A stretch of DNA of 64,000 nt from Candidatus Poseidonia alphae (GTDB lineage: Archaea; Thermoplasmatota; Poseidoniia; Poseidoniales; Poseidoniaceae), in assembly GCA_002505405.1 (NCBI GenBank), contig DAVD01000012.1, forward strand, positions 39,809 through 103,808, written 5' to 3'. The translations under genes and the position numbers were made by a program. The notes beneath the pieces are model-generated. The model was not told the DNA's origin and did not search any database. It was given only the letters and a program-made list of their open reading frames with translations. Positions 21,701-29,191 of the stretch are shown in pieces (positions within the stretch are counted from its first letter, which is position 1; every line of letters begins with the position of its first letter).

Positions 21701-22477
21701 CTCACTCCATACTTCGTGGGGCGGGACCCATGATGGGAGCGTTTCCTGTGTGCATGGATACTCGTCGACGAGAAATGCTCCATGGAATCCCAGGCGGAAC
21801 GAACCAGGGTTGAGCAACTGATGAATGGGGGTGAAGCGTGAAAGAGAACACAGAATTGCCCGTTCTATTTCTGTAAAGTCTGGAGCGTGGTCAAGGATAA
21901 GAATGCCTTCAATATGGGAAAAATGAAACGGGGCTGACTTAGCTGAATTGAGCGCGCTAAGGACGTGTTTTGGAAGTAAAACGGGGAGCGTTCCCCCGCG
22001 CTCCTTTTCAAAGGCAAGCAGGATGTTTTCATAGGTCTCAAGACCTGGGTTATTCTCCCAATTGAACGGGTCGAGAAGGGGACTCAAATGCGCATGAAGA
22101 CGTTCCAATCGTTGTGTTTTCTTCATGCCCCAAGATCCGTGTTCACCGCTATGAAGGAGGGGGAATTTGTAATTCTCACCTGCATCCATGCACTTGCTGT
22201 GAATGCCCATGAAAGAGGATGCTTCGTCGTCAAGAAGGACCGGAAGCCGGAAATCTACGTGCAGCAAGCGAAGAAGTTGATTCATCGTGACGTGTTCTTG
22301 AGGTTGTGCAGCGACGCCCCGTTCGCCAAGTGCATTGAGGGTGGACTTACGGTGTTGCTCTGTTGGATGTACGACCATAATATTGGATTCCGTCGATGCC
22401 GAAAGTCCATCAATCAGCCAATCGGGCAAACCTTGACCAGGGGGGGTGTACTCCGATGTGATGGTATAATCTTCCAC
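18746..22477 (-). CDS. AddB-like subunit: degenerate helicase-like region plus C-terminal RecB-family nuclease with CxxCx5C Fe–S motif
   Basis: No intact Walker A. C-terminal GYADRVDVVVLNK (nuclease motif II), LVIVRDLKTVRG (motif III) and terminal CNYCVLRQSC (Cx2Cx5C, as in AddB/Cas4). The stop TAA overlaps the ATG of the downstream helicase gene (TAATG). Confidence 0.55.
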   Translation of the reverse strand: MEDYTITSEYTPPGQGLPDWLIDGLSASTESNIMVVHPTEQHRKSTLNALGERGVAAQPQEHVTMNQLLRLLHVDFRLPVLLDDEASSFMGIHSKCMDAGENYKFPLLHSGEHGSWGMKKTQRLERLHAHLSPLLDPFNWENNPGLETYENILLAFEKERGGTLPVLLPKHVLSALNSAKSAPFHFSHIEGILILDHAPDFTEIERAILCSLSRFTPIHQLLNPGSFRLGFHGAFLVDEYPCTQETLPSWVPPHEVWSEAHPSWRSNVGRSKNTQFTRVTVDERDHILNSTIELIKHFRSSSQGRILVIDGSVRDRQHLWTQSLGSLGIQWNSNTELLEDQPLFHALLQASRLSQGMSAWGMNALHSVMDSTSLPLKEDMFPELVHPTQEEWRPRPHQEALQSIAQQFHVLGGPGAISRWVGALSRAKPSATERNPEQRRQDLEETQWWLSCMLHAWKPLLMGEDVHMLRYDVEGCSTGEFLPLPPAPKNGPAWMTQFVKWLDFEALEHRQSPYNRSLGTFHAILESIQKIQSSMVRVQSITFDGMDFIDLLTYVGQVTTLSQTKMKTADIEVLTPKEALGLEADLIIFAGLDVDAWPMKTSVVPWLDAKAQLELGMFQTDLLIRQGRHHLRHLLNAAPRIVMFDSSPEDGGGPSAPYAEWLSDVRRSGEWDAMRPAPEFLPPDTYQGTSGLRHWEWVSRELGQGSWLTPVSSWTAEEAGTKRLIRHGHLPRDARQQLGMDLKESIQPREQLNHRPTLTHSFEGVIQSDRKQRQPSLRGLTEGSSLSWSHRTHLLGIDAVRLRPEHASVKAPGVSAAQWPHLGHKEEKVVSLSVDPRPLPAYAPTGLSLNHRFGKIDASLVRKVWSPSRLEKWLHCPRSAWMNQFLNAKSEDEGVSEDVDLRIRGILAHEVEGALLSGHGVNVSGSDLGRIEPLHLGPMGDVGAGWNVILEHLNEHAQWMGRYNAVSVHRTRDLIDATPAEWNDYQETGTPISPGGRLFRMYQSDLTLEHSAPIACEWKTLSEGTSIALDTTDEHEAAASFEMFGYADRVDVVVLNKGQREALTALGILDESSEKTTPMPLDGTPYAARRLVIVRDLKTVRGPQVKQRGLRHLRCLFEELQLALYARAWEVAHPGDRVIGVGATEIGEFTAHYVELDTDIDSVKEELHLGQATGHLPLHFLPLNGEGIHRSPFRTWMYERLKAAQRAVQAAHDGQVNPTPGTHCNYCVLRQSCSVSSFTGGSF

Positions 22478-22816
22478 TACCTATCCCCCGCTGAGAAGGT
22501 GTTGGTGACCCTTATTGAAGGTGGCGAGAAGAAATCTACGGGCGCCCTAGAAAATGATTGCGTCTTGAGCCGTTCATGTTATATCTTTGAACCCCAGGCG
22601 GTCATGTAGCAGTTTCCAGCACGAGAAGCGCATGCAGTTCATTTGAGTGTGCTGAGGGCGGTTTTGGTTCCGCCTTTGGGGTAAAAGCACCGGTAGTTTT
22701 ATATAGTGCTTGTAGCAATAAGAATATGTCATGATTGTAGGGGGCGCGATTGGAGAGCGGAATAAACCCGTTCTTTATAACCCCTTAACGACATGTATTA
22801 GAGGAAGTGAGCGAAA
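22478..22816. promoter_or_regulatory. Divergent intergenic control region between the AddB-like gene and the TFB-like gene, with TATA-like elements
   Basis: AT-rich elements ttttatata (~22696) and ttctttataa (~22772, about 40 nt upstream of the + strand ATG). No long ORF with coding character. Confidence 0.35.
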
Positions 22817-23968
22817 ATGAGCGATAATATGGAATGTGAAGACTGCTGTGGAATGAATTTTACGATTGACCAAGCTCGAGCAGAGCGTGTTTGCGATGGT
22901 TGTGGCCTGGTTGACCCACACTACACCACCGATGCTGATACCAACAGTTCAATTGGGCTGGGTGACACACGACAAACTGAATCCTTGGATGTCTTCGCGA
23001 ACAATCCAAACGCAGCACAAGGTGGCCGGATGAATCCTTTTGGAGATCGCACCGATTACTCAGGGAGCCGTCTTTCTCCGTCTCAACGTCGTAGATTTAT
23101 TCGTTTGAGCCGTGCTGACCGCTCGAGTCAGCGTGAAAAGGACCCTATGTGCCGCGAGGTGAAGCTGACTCTGTGTCGCATGTTCGGCGACAGTGTTGCT
23201 CGCGCCACCACTCATTTGGCCGATGCCGCATGCCGAAAATTGTCTCCTGAACAAGAAGCTGTTCGAAAGACCCTTACCTCTGGGGAGCGTGCCGCTTTGA
23301 GCTGCCCTAAGACCTCCATCACACGAAAGGAAGTGGGAATTCGTGGTGAAAGCCACCAAGACAACCTCCAAATCATAGCACTGGCCATCGCTGTGCTCTC
23401 CCACGAGTGGCTCAATACCCCTGCTTTCAACCATCAAATTGTCATGGCCGAATATGGTATTTCCGAGTCTCAATTCAAAAACGCAAAGTCCACCATAAGC
23501 AAATCCTACAAAGCACGATGTCGCAGAGGATGGGCTGCCATACCCCGTGTAATGGCTCGAGGGGCTCTTCGTGCTGACCAACTTGACATCGTCGCAGAGA
23601 ACCTTGACCGCGCCCTCTCCCAGCGGCTTGCGCCAAGTGAACTTGAGGTCGTGGCTGAGCTGTTCTGGAACACCATGACCGACTTGAACGAGCCTACTGC
23701 TGAAGGCCCGCTGGCCAATGTAGCCATGGGTTATGTGGCCGGGTGTGCCATGTACGCAGCGCTTGACCTCGTCGGTTTGAGTCATGGAAACTTGGGCCGA
23801 GTAGCTGAGGCTGTAGAACTCTCCCCCGCCGGCTTGACCAACCGCCTCAAGAGCATCCAGGCTGAAGTGAATGCTGGACAGCTGCCTGAAGCACGTCGCA
23901 TGTTTGTTCTCGATGAAGTTGATGGCGACTCTGGGCCATCCGGTGCAGAAGAACGCGCAGAAGAATGA
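22817..23968 (+). CDS. Divergent TFB-like transcription factor (TFIIB-type Zn ribbon plus degenerate cyclin-like repeats)
   Basis: N-terminal CEDCCG...CDGCG Zn ribbon. The later segments THLADAACRKL and VAMGYVAGCAMYAAL resemble cyclin-repeat AAALYxACR helices. The C-terminal LTNRLKSIQAEV resembles TFB's TIRNRYKEL. The linker is much longer than in canonical TFB. Confidence 0.5.
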   Translation: MSDNMECEDCCGMNFTIDQARAERVCDGCGLVDPHYTTDADTNSSIGLGDTRQTESLDVFANNPNAAQGGRMNPFGDRTDYSGSRLSPSQRRRFIRLSRADRSSQREKDPMCREVKLTLCRMFGDSVARATTHLADAACRKLSPEQEAVRKTLTSGERAALSCPKTSITRKEVGIRGESHQDNLQIIALAIAVLSHEWLNTPAFNHQIVMAEYGISESQFKNAKSTISKSYKARCRRGWAAIPRVMARGALRADQLDIVAENLDRALSQRLAPSELEVVAELFWNTMTDLNEPTAEGPLANVAMGYVAGCAMYAALDLVGLSHGNLGRVAEAVELSPAGLTNRLKSIQAEVNAGQLPEARRMFVLDEVDGDSGPSGAEERAEE

Positions 23969-24014
23969 ACCATTTGGAAGACGGGTTCATATCTCCTCCC
24001 TCGTTGGACAATCC

Positions 24015-24932
24015 ATGCGCCCCGCTCTCACCGTGTTTGCCTCGTTGATGTTTTTCGCATTGTTCGCCCCTGTTGCACCAGCACTACCTGCTGAATCTCT
24101 CGACAAGGGAATGATGTTTGGCGGCCAATGGTCTGATGTGAACAACACCACGACGGATCTCTCAAATCTTACCGACCTGCCTGCTGTCGTCGAAGTTTAT
24201 ACAGCCACCTGGTGTGAAAACTGCGTTGACGTTGAGCACGCATTGGACGAAGTCCAGGAAGCTGGTTTGTTGGAACAGTACCACATTCATCGAGCAATCG
24301 GAGAAACTCAGGACCCGTTTGGAAGTGAAGCCATAGATGCTCGTTGGAATTCTAAATACGGCCAAAACGCCCCTCCTGCCGTGGTATTCAACGGTTCCAT
24401 GAAGAAATTAGGCAGTGTTGCCGATGAGGCAACGTTGGTTGATGAATTCACTGGTTTAGCAAACACTGACTTAGCATTGGGTGCTGGTTCAACAAGTTTT
24501 GGTTGGACTCCTACCACCGACAGTTCTGGAACGGTCACTTGGAACCTCGACATCGATGCTGATCATCTTGAAAATTCAACGCTCAATGTTACGGCTTGGA
24601 TCGTAGAAGCAGGTGCAGAGTTTGAAGAAGGTTCTAACGGACTGGGAACCTATCCCCACATCGTGCTTGACATCGTCTCCTTAGGAAATGAACTCCAGGG
24701 AAGCGTTGCAATACAGATTCCGGAAGCAAACGACGGTGATGACCTCCAAGTCCACCTCATCTACGAAATCATACCCTTGGTTGAAGAGCCAACGGATGAT
24801 GTGAAAGTTGAAGACTCGGACGATTCGGAATCCGTACCGTTTCTAACCGGATTGACCACAGTCACTGTCCTCTTGGGAGCCGCTTGGGCACACGGCGGCA
24901 ACGTTAACCAAAAAGGTCGCCAAGACCAGTGA
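24015..24932 (+). CDS. Secreted thioredoxin-fold protein with C-terminal membrane anchor
   Basis: Signal peptide MRPALTVFASLMFFALFAPVAPA, CxxC motif TWCENC and a C-terminal hydrophobic LTTVTVLLGAAWA. Confidence 0.45.
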   Translation: MRPALTVFASLMFFALFAPVAPALPAESLDKGMMFGGQWSDVNNTTTDLSNLTDLPAVVEVYTATWCENCVDVEHALDEVQEAGLLEQYHIHRAIGETQDPFGSEAIDARWNSKYGQNAPPAVVFNGSMKKLGSVADEATLVDEFTGLANTDLALGAGSTSFGWTPTTDSSGTVTWNLDIDADHLENSTLNVTAWIVEAGAEFEEGSNGLGTYPHIVLDIVSLGNELQGSVAIQIPEANDGDDLQVHLIYEIIPLVEEPTDDVKVEDSDDSESVPFLTGLTTVTVLLGAAWAHGGNVNQKGRQDQ

Positions 24933-27273
24933 GTTCAGTGAATTCTTTTTGTTTTCGGGGCTCATCGGTCAAGTCTTCATGCAACTGCCAGGGATAACGC
25001 TCAACCGTATCAGGGGCACGCTCCACATTGGCATAATTCCACCATCGAGGAGGGGCTCCCCGGACGCCTTGTCGGCGTTGACTTTCTCCAAGGAGGTCAG
25101 TAAGACGGAGGCGAGCATTCGGGCGTGGATGATCCCGACGAATGTAGTGAGTATGGTTTGGCCCCTCGAGATCTTTGACATAGCCAAGAATTGATGCAAT
25201 TTGTCGCACGAAACGGCGCTCTACCGTATTGCGCAGTGTCACCTTAAGGTCCACGTTTCCGAATTCAAGAGCAGCACCGTATTTGGCAGGGATTAGGAAA
25301 TCTGAGCCCAGAGGTTGAGATGTCAAAACGCTCCAAATTCGGGAATATACTTCACACCAACGCCGTTCACCGTCGCGTATATCTCCAATCTGGTGGACAT
25401 CGTCTCTTCTCCTCGGCATAACCGCATGACGCCGATGATGAATCTGTCTTCGGAAGTCACCGTATCTGAAGGCTCGCTCTTCTGCGGATGAGCGATGTAC
25501 CGCATGAGCTCGGTAAGGTTTGACGCCTCCTGCCCATCGCTGAATCACGTTATGAATTGGAAACGTTCCGGACTCCTCAAAATGTTCTTGGAAAATCTCG
25601 TTCCATTCGGTGTTCCGGCGTTCACTGATTCGTTCACCGTGACGGAATTGACGTTGCAGAAGGCCGCGAAAGCCTCGGTTCCCTCGCTCCGGTTCAGGCT
25701 CATAACGGCCTCGAAGCTCGTACCATGGATCAGCGACATAATTGTGATGGTGGTAGGTCAATTCTTTGAGGGCCTCTTGGTCAAGAACAGCAATCCATTC
25801 CCTTGGAACTGGCCGTAGAAAACCAAACGGAGGACGGTTGCGTATCAAATCATTCAAGCTGTCAATGTTGAGGGTTGCAGTGGTATCATTGTACATTGAG
25901 AGCACTACAGAACCCATGGTATCTCCGAGAGGGACCGTGGAATGATAGTGGCCGTTGTGAATGCAAATCGCATCTTTGTGCTCTCGACCAAATCCGCTGA
26001 GGTGGGAGATTAGATACGGCGCGCTGTGTTGCCCCCTTGTCACATTGACCTCGTAGCAATGCCCTAATTTTCCAACCACAAGAACCGTTGCGTTCTTGAC
26101 ATACACTCGGTCGGTAAGCCCGTTGAGGATTCCATGACAAAATTCCAGAGAACGGACCATTTGGTCGGTCGGAGCATCGGTTTTGAGGTAAGCTTGTGAC
26201 CAATTGTGCTGCAAGCCCAGAAGAATCTTTCCTGCATCGGAATTCAACGGCGATAGCGCAAGTGAGACGAGAATCGCCAAGTGTACCGGTTGACGGGGAA
26301 TTTGAACGAGGCGGGTCCGGCCAACTTGACTGCGGACGCGAAGCGAAATGTGCTTTTCTGAAACTCGCAGTGGCCAATCGAGGGTGTTCGCTGGAATTTT
26401 GAACTCTTTCGGGTCCCTCCAGTGCCTCATCCATGGCGTATCATAACAGTCAAACAAACCCCGAGGGTGGTTTGAAAATGCTTTGCGGAGGTCTTGCATG
26501 TTGGTTCGACCTCCGTTTCGGATCAGTTCGGTTCGAACATCGTAAGCCCAGGAGATGAAGCCAGCTTTTCCAGACACTCCTGTTTCTTTGAGCCGGTCAA
26601 TCTTGACCTTGGTGGAAAGCCAAGCAAGCATTGAGGCCATCGGGCGAGAATTAGAATCACCGTTCGCAAAAACATAATTCAATGCACGAATTTCACGATG
26701 GTCCTGATTCCTGTTTGCGGCCGGCGTAGCGCAAGAAAGGCCTACGATGAGTTTCGCGAGATCCCATCCGCTCCGGAGTTTTTTATCGGTCATGATGGGG
26801 AAAAATGAGCGAAGACTGATGACGGATGGAAGTTCTACATCATCCAAATATTGGCGGCCGTCCATGATTCGAAAACACGAGCCATCTTGGAATTCAATTC
26901 CCTGAGCCAACCATCTGATTTGGGAGTTTGACAACACATGACCGTTAACGAGGGCATCTCCCAGTTCTTGAAACTCAGCCTCACTGCAGGGAAGATCGGC
27001 AATTGGTTCCATTGCTTCATGTTCTAATTTAGCCCAATTCGCATGCTCACCATCCCCCAGTGAATGAGCCAGTCGTTTCCAGCGACCTGAGGCGTGAACG
27101 GATGGCCCTCCGAACAACGCAATAGCACGTTCATGATCGGTTGGAGTAAGGGGGACAGACCATCCCTCCCGAGGATTGAAGTCGATCATTGATTGACACC
27201 AATCGCAGACAATTTCCGCCTCGTTTGAGTCCAGATTATACTTGCAGTCAATGTAAGAAGAGTGCGAACTCAT
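24904..27273 (-). CDS. Large Arg/His/Trp-rich protein of unknown function (N-terminal CxxC; no recognisable catalytic motifs)
   Basis: About 790 aa from ATG 27273 (the track's 27315 start is TTG). The composition is basic, unlike neighbouring acidic proteins. N-terminal CDWCQS. No P-loop. It lies 38 nt downstream of the ltaE stop on the same strand. Confidence 0.5.
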   Translation of the reverse strand: MSSHSSYIDCKYNLDSNEAEIVCDWCQSMIDFNPREGWSVPLTPTDHERAIALFGGPSVHASGRWKRLAHSLGDGEHANWAKLEHEAMEPIADLPCSEAEFQELGDALVNGHVLSNSQIRWLAQGIEFQDGSCFRIMDGRQYLDDVELPSVISLRSFFPIMTDKKLRSGWDLAKLIVGLSCATPAANRNQDHREIRALNYVFANGDSNSRPMASMLAWLSTKVKIDRLKETGVSGKAGFISWAYDVRTELIRNGGRTNMQDLRKAFSNHPRGLFDCYDTPWMRHWRDPKEFKIPANTLDWPLRVSEKHISLRVRSQVGRTRLVQIPRQPVHLAILVSLALSPLNSDAGKILLGLQHNWSQAYLKTDAPTDQMVRSLEFCHGILNGLTDRVYVKNATVLVVGKLGHCYEVNVTRGQHSAPYLISHLSGFGREHKDAICIHNGHYHSTVPLGDTMGSVVLSMYNDTTATLNIDSLNDLIRNRPPFGFLRPVPREWIAVLDQEALKELTYHHHNYVADPWYELRGRYEPEPERGNRGFRGLLQRQFRHGERISERRNTEWNEIFQEHFEESGTFPIHNVIQRWAGGVKPYRAHAVHRSSAEERAFRYGDFRRQIHHRRHAVMPRRRDDVHQIGDIRDGERRWCEVYSRIWSVLTSQPLGSDFLIPAKYGAALEFGNVDLKVTLRNTVERRFVRQIASILGYVKDLEGPNHTHYIRRDHPRPNARLRLTDLLGESQRRQGVRGAPPRWWNYANVERAPDTVERYPWQLHEDLTDEPRKQKEFTELTGLGDLFG

Positions 27274-27311
27274 GCCTAAGAAAAATGCCGACCTGTTATG
27301 AAGTCCGCACC

Positions 27312-28355
27312 TCAAAAGATGCGCTTACAAAGATCGATAAAACGCTCAATGTCTTCATCCGTGATGTGCAAATGTACGACAATACGGATGTGCGTTGGAG
27401 ACACATCAAACACATCAACGCCGTTGTTTTGCAGTTCAAGAGCGACCTCATTCGCTGGCCTGAGGCATTGGACATAGACCATGTTGGTTTGTACCGTTTC
27501 CATGTCAACGGAAAAGGAATCCATTGAATCAAGTGCTTGAGCAATGGTTGTTGCACGGTGATGGTCTTCTTCCAGCCGGAGTACGTGATGGTCAAGGGCG
27601 TGCATGCCAGCGGCTGCGAGCATGCCTGCTTGTCGCCAGCCGCCACCAAACAATTTGCGCCATCGATGTGCTCGAGTGATGAAGGCTGTTGTGCCCACCA
27701 AGACCGACCCCACAGGAGCACCGAGGCCTTTGGAAAGACAAATTGATACTGAGTCGTAATGTTTGCACATGGTTGCTACATCAACACCTGTGGCGATTGC
27801 CGCATTGAAAATACGTGCACCATCAATATGGGTTTTACAATCGTTCGCTTTGGCAACTGCAGCGATTTGGTCAAAGATCTCTTGGTCGTAACATGAGCCG
27901 CCACCAAGGTTGGTCGTGTTCTCAATGCAAACCAAACTGCCGTTTGGATAGTGACCGCCGGAACCTTCAGATTTTCGTATAGCCTTCTGAACTTGCTCTG
28001 GAGTCATCAGGCTCTTCTCTCCATCGACCAGGGCAATAGATGCCCCACAAAGTGCTGCATAACCGCCACCTTCATACCGGTAAATGTGTGCGGTTTTATC
28101 GCAAACGATTTCATCGCCTGGGACGGTATGCGTCCTTAGCGCAATTGCGTTTGACATGGTCCCTGATGGAACGAAAAGAGCGGCTTCCTTGTCAAACATC
28201 TTCGCCACCCGATCTTGAAGGGCAATAACCGTTGGGTCGTCACCTAAGACATCGTCACCAACAGGGGCTGCCATCATGGCTTCCCGCATGGCTTGTGTTG
28301 GTTGAGTCACCGTGTCCGAGCGAAAATCGATGCGGTCTGAGGGATACTCGCGCAT
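27312..28355 (-). CDS. ltaE: Low-specificity L-threonine aldolase (PLP-dependent)
   Basis: N-terminal DFRSDTVTQPT and SGTMSNAIAL are typical of the threonine aldolase family. Confidence 0.8.
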   Translation of the reverse strand: MREYPSDRIDFRSDTVTQPTQAMREAMMAAPVGDDVLGDDPTVIALQDRVAKMFDKEAALFVPSGTMSNAIALRTHTVPGDEIVCDKTAHIYRYEGGGYAALCGASIALVDGEKSLMTPEQVQKAIRKSEGSGGHYPNGSLVCIENTTNLGGGSCYDQEIFDQIAAVAKANDCKTHIDGARIFNAAIATGVDVATMCKHYDSVSICLSKGLGAPVGSVLVGTTAFITRAHRWRKLFGGGWRQAGMLAAAGMHALDHHVLRLEEDHHRATTIAQALDSMDSFSVDMETVQTNMVYVQCLRPANEVALELQNNGVDVFDVSPTHIRIVVHLHITDEDIERFIDLCKRIF

Positions 28356-28396
28356 GATTCATCCTCCACGCTCTCCTTCATCAATGCCTTGTAACG

Positions 28397-28813
28397 TCAC
28401 AAGAGCTTGAGGTGGCCGGTGATTTTGTCGAGGTGTTCTTCATCGTAAGGGCCCAGAGCAAGAACGGTCTGTGAGCCACTGGGAATTTGGGTGTGGCCGG
28501 CGTCCCGCACAATGTGGCCCGGTATCTGTTCCTTATCTGCCGCCCGCATGAGCTCTGTAAAGACGCCTTCATCCTCGGCTTTCAAACAGATTTTCTTTTG
28601 ACCCCCAGACAGCCAAGCTTCCAGGTGATCAGGGTGTGTCGTTCCAGCGCGAAGAAAGGATTCCACCGAAGCATGCCCTACTTGGGCAGCGATTTTCCCT
28701 TTCCCCATTTTCAAGGATTGGTTAACAACACAAACCAATTTCATGTTCCCATGAACGATCTGTCCATTCACCCTTGGAGCAGTCATGCGGTGGATGAACG
28801 AACGAAAGCCCAC
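28397..28813 (-). CDS. pth2: Peptidyl-tRNA hydrolase, archaeal/eukaryal Pth2 type
   Basis: GKGKIAAQVGHASV, KICLKAEDE and VRDAGHTQIPSGSQTVLALGP. Confidence 0.75.
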   Translation of the reverse strand: MGFRSFIHRMTAPRVNGQIVHGNMKLVCVVNQSLKMGKGKIAAQVGHASVESFLRAGTTHPDHLEAWLSGGQKKICLKAEDEGVFTELMRAADKEQIPGHIVRDAGHTQIPSGSQTVLALGPYDEEHLDKITGHLKLL

Positions 28814-28822
28814 ATTCTCACC

Positions 28823-29191
28823 TCAAAGTGTTGACAACTCACCGGTGATCAAGTCCAATGATCTTCGCGGCGCTGGCCCAATTCCAAGGACTGTTACGGT
28901 TCCAGCAGGAACTTCAGTATGCCCTGCATCTTGGACCAAGTAATAGGATAAATTCGCTTGCTGTGCTTCATTCGCTAGGCGATGTAAGGAAGGCAAGTCA
29001 TCAGCAACCAAGCAAATTTTTCGCGCCCCTGCCCTTCGCCAGCGCTCCATGAGGCGGGCATGTTGACGGCGTGCTTGAAAGGCACACTGAACTGCTGCAT
29101 GGGCACATTGAACTGCTGTTTTACCAGCGGAGAGCGAAAGGTCACCCCGAACGATTAACGCCATGGAGGGAGCATCATCCTTCGACGACAT
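28823..29191 (-). CDS. Second Pth2-family paralog (tandem duplicate)
   Basis: AGKTAVQCAHAAV, KICLVADD and VQDAGHTEVPAGTVTVLGIGP share the same motif order as the adjacent Pth2 but are divergent. Confidence 0.65.
   Translation of the reverse strand: MSSKDDAPSMALIVRGDLSLSAGKTAVQCAHAAVQCAFQARRQHARLMERWRRAGARKICLVADDLPSLHRLANEAQQANLSYYLVQDAGHTEVPAGTVTVLGIGPAPRRSLDLITGELSTL

Noticed and set aside
13806-22477. The two-gene helicase–nuclease pair as a Hachiman/Gabija/other defense-island helicase system
   Set aside because: Domain order (degenerate ATPase plus RecB nuclease with Cx2Cx5C, then full UvrD motor plus RecB nuclease) and B-then-A gene order match AddAB more closely than any defense helicase system I know. 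A defense role is kept as an alternative in the finding rather than as a separate call.
22088-22609. 173-aa plus-strand ORF spanning the AddB-like start and the intergenic region
   Set aside because: It lies antisense to the 5' end of the large minus-strand gene and runs into AT-rich non-coding DNA. It looks like a shadow ORF.
27313-27315. TTG start of the 803-aa ORF overlapping the ltaE stop
   Set aside because: The next in-frame ATG at 27273 gives a more conventional start. The TTG overlap was not adopted, although co-transcription with ltaE remains likely.
27296-27721. Various antisense ORFs inside large genes (e.g. 27296–27721, 9439–9924, 36121–36506, 23060–23785, 53667–54152)
   Set aside because: Each is fully contained within a longer ORF on the opposite strand that has clear family motifs, so they are shadow frames.
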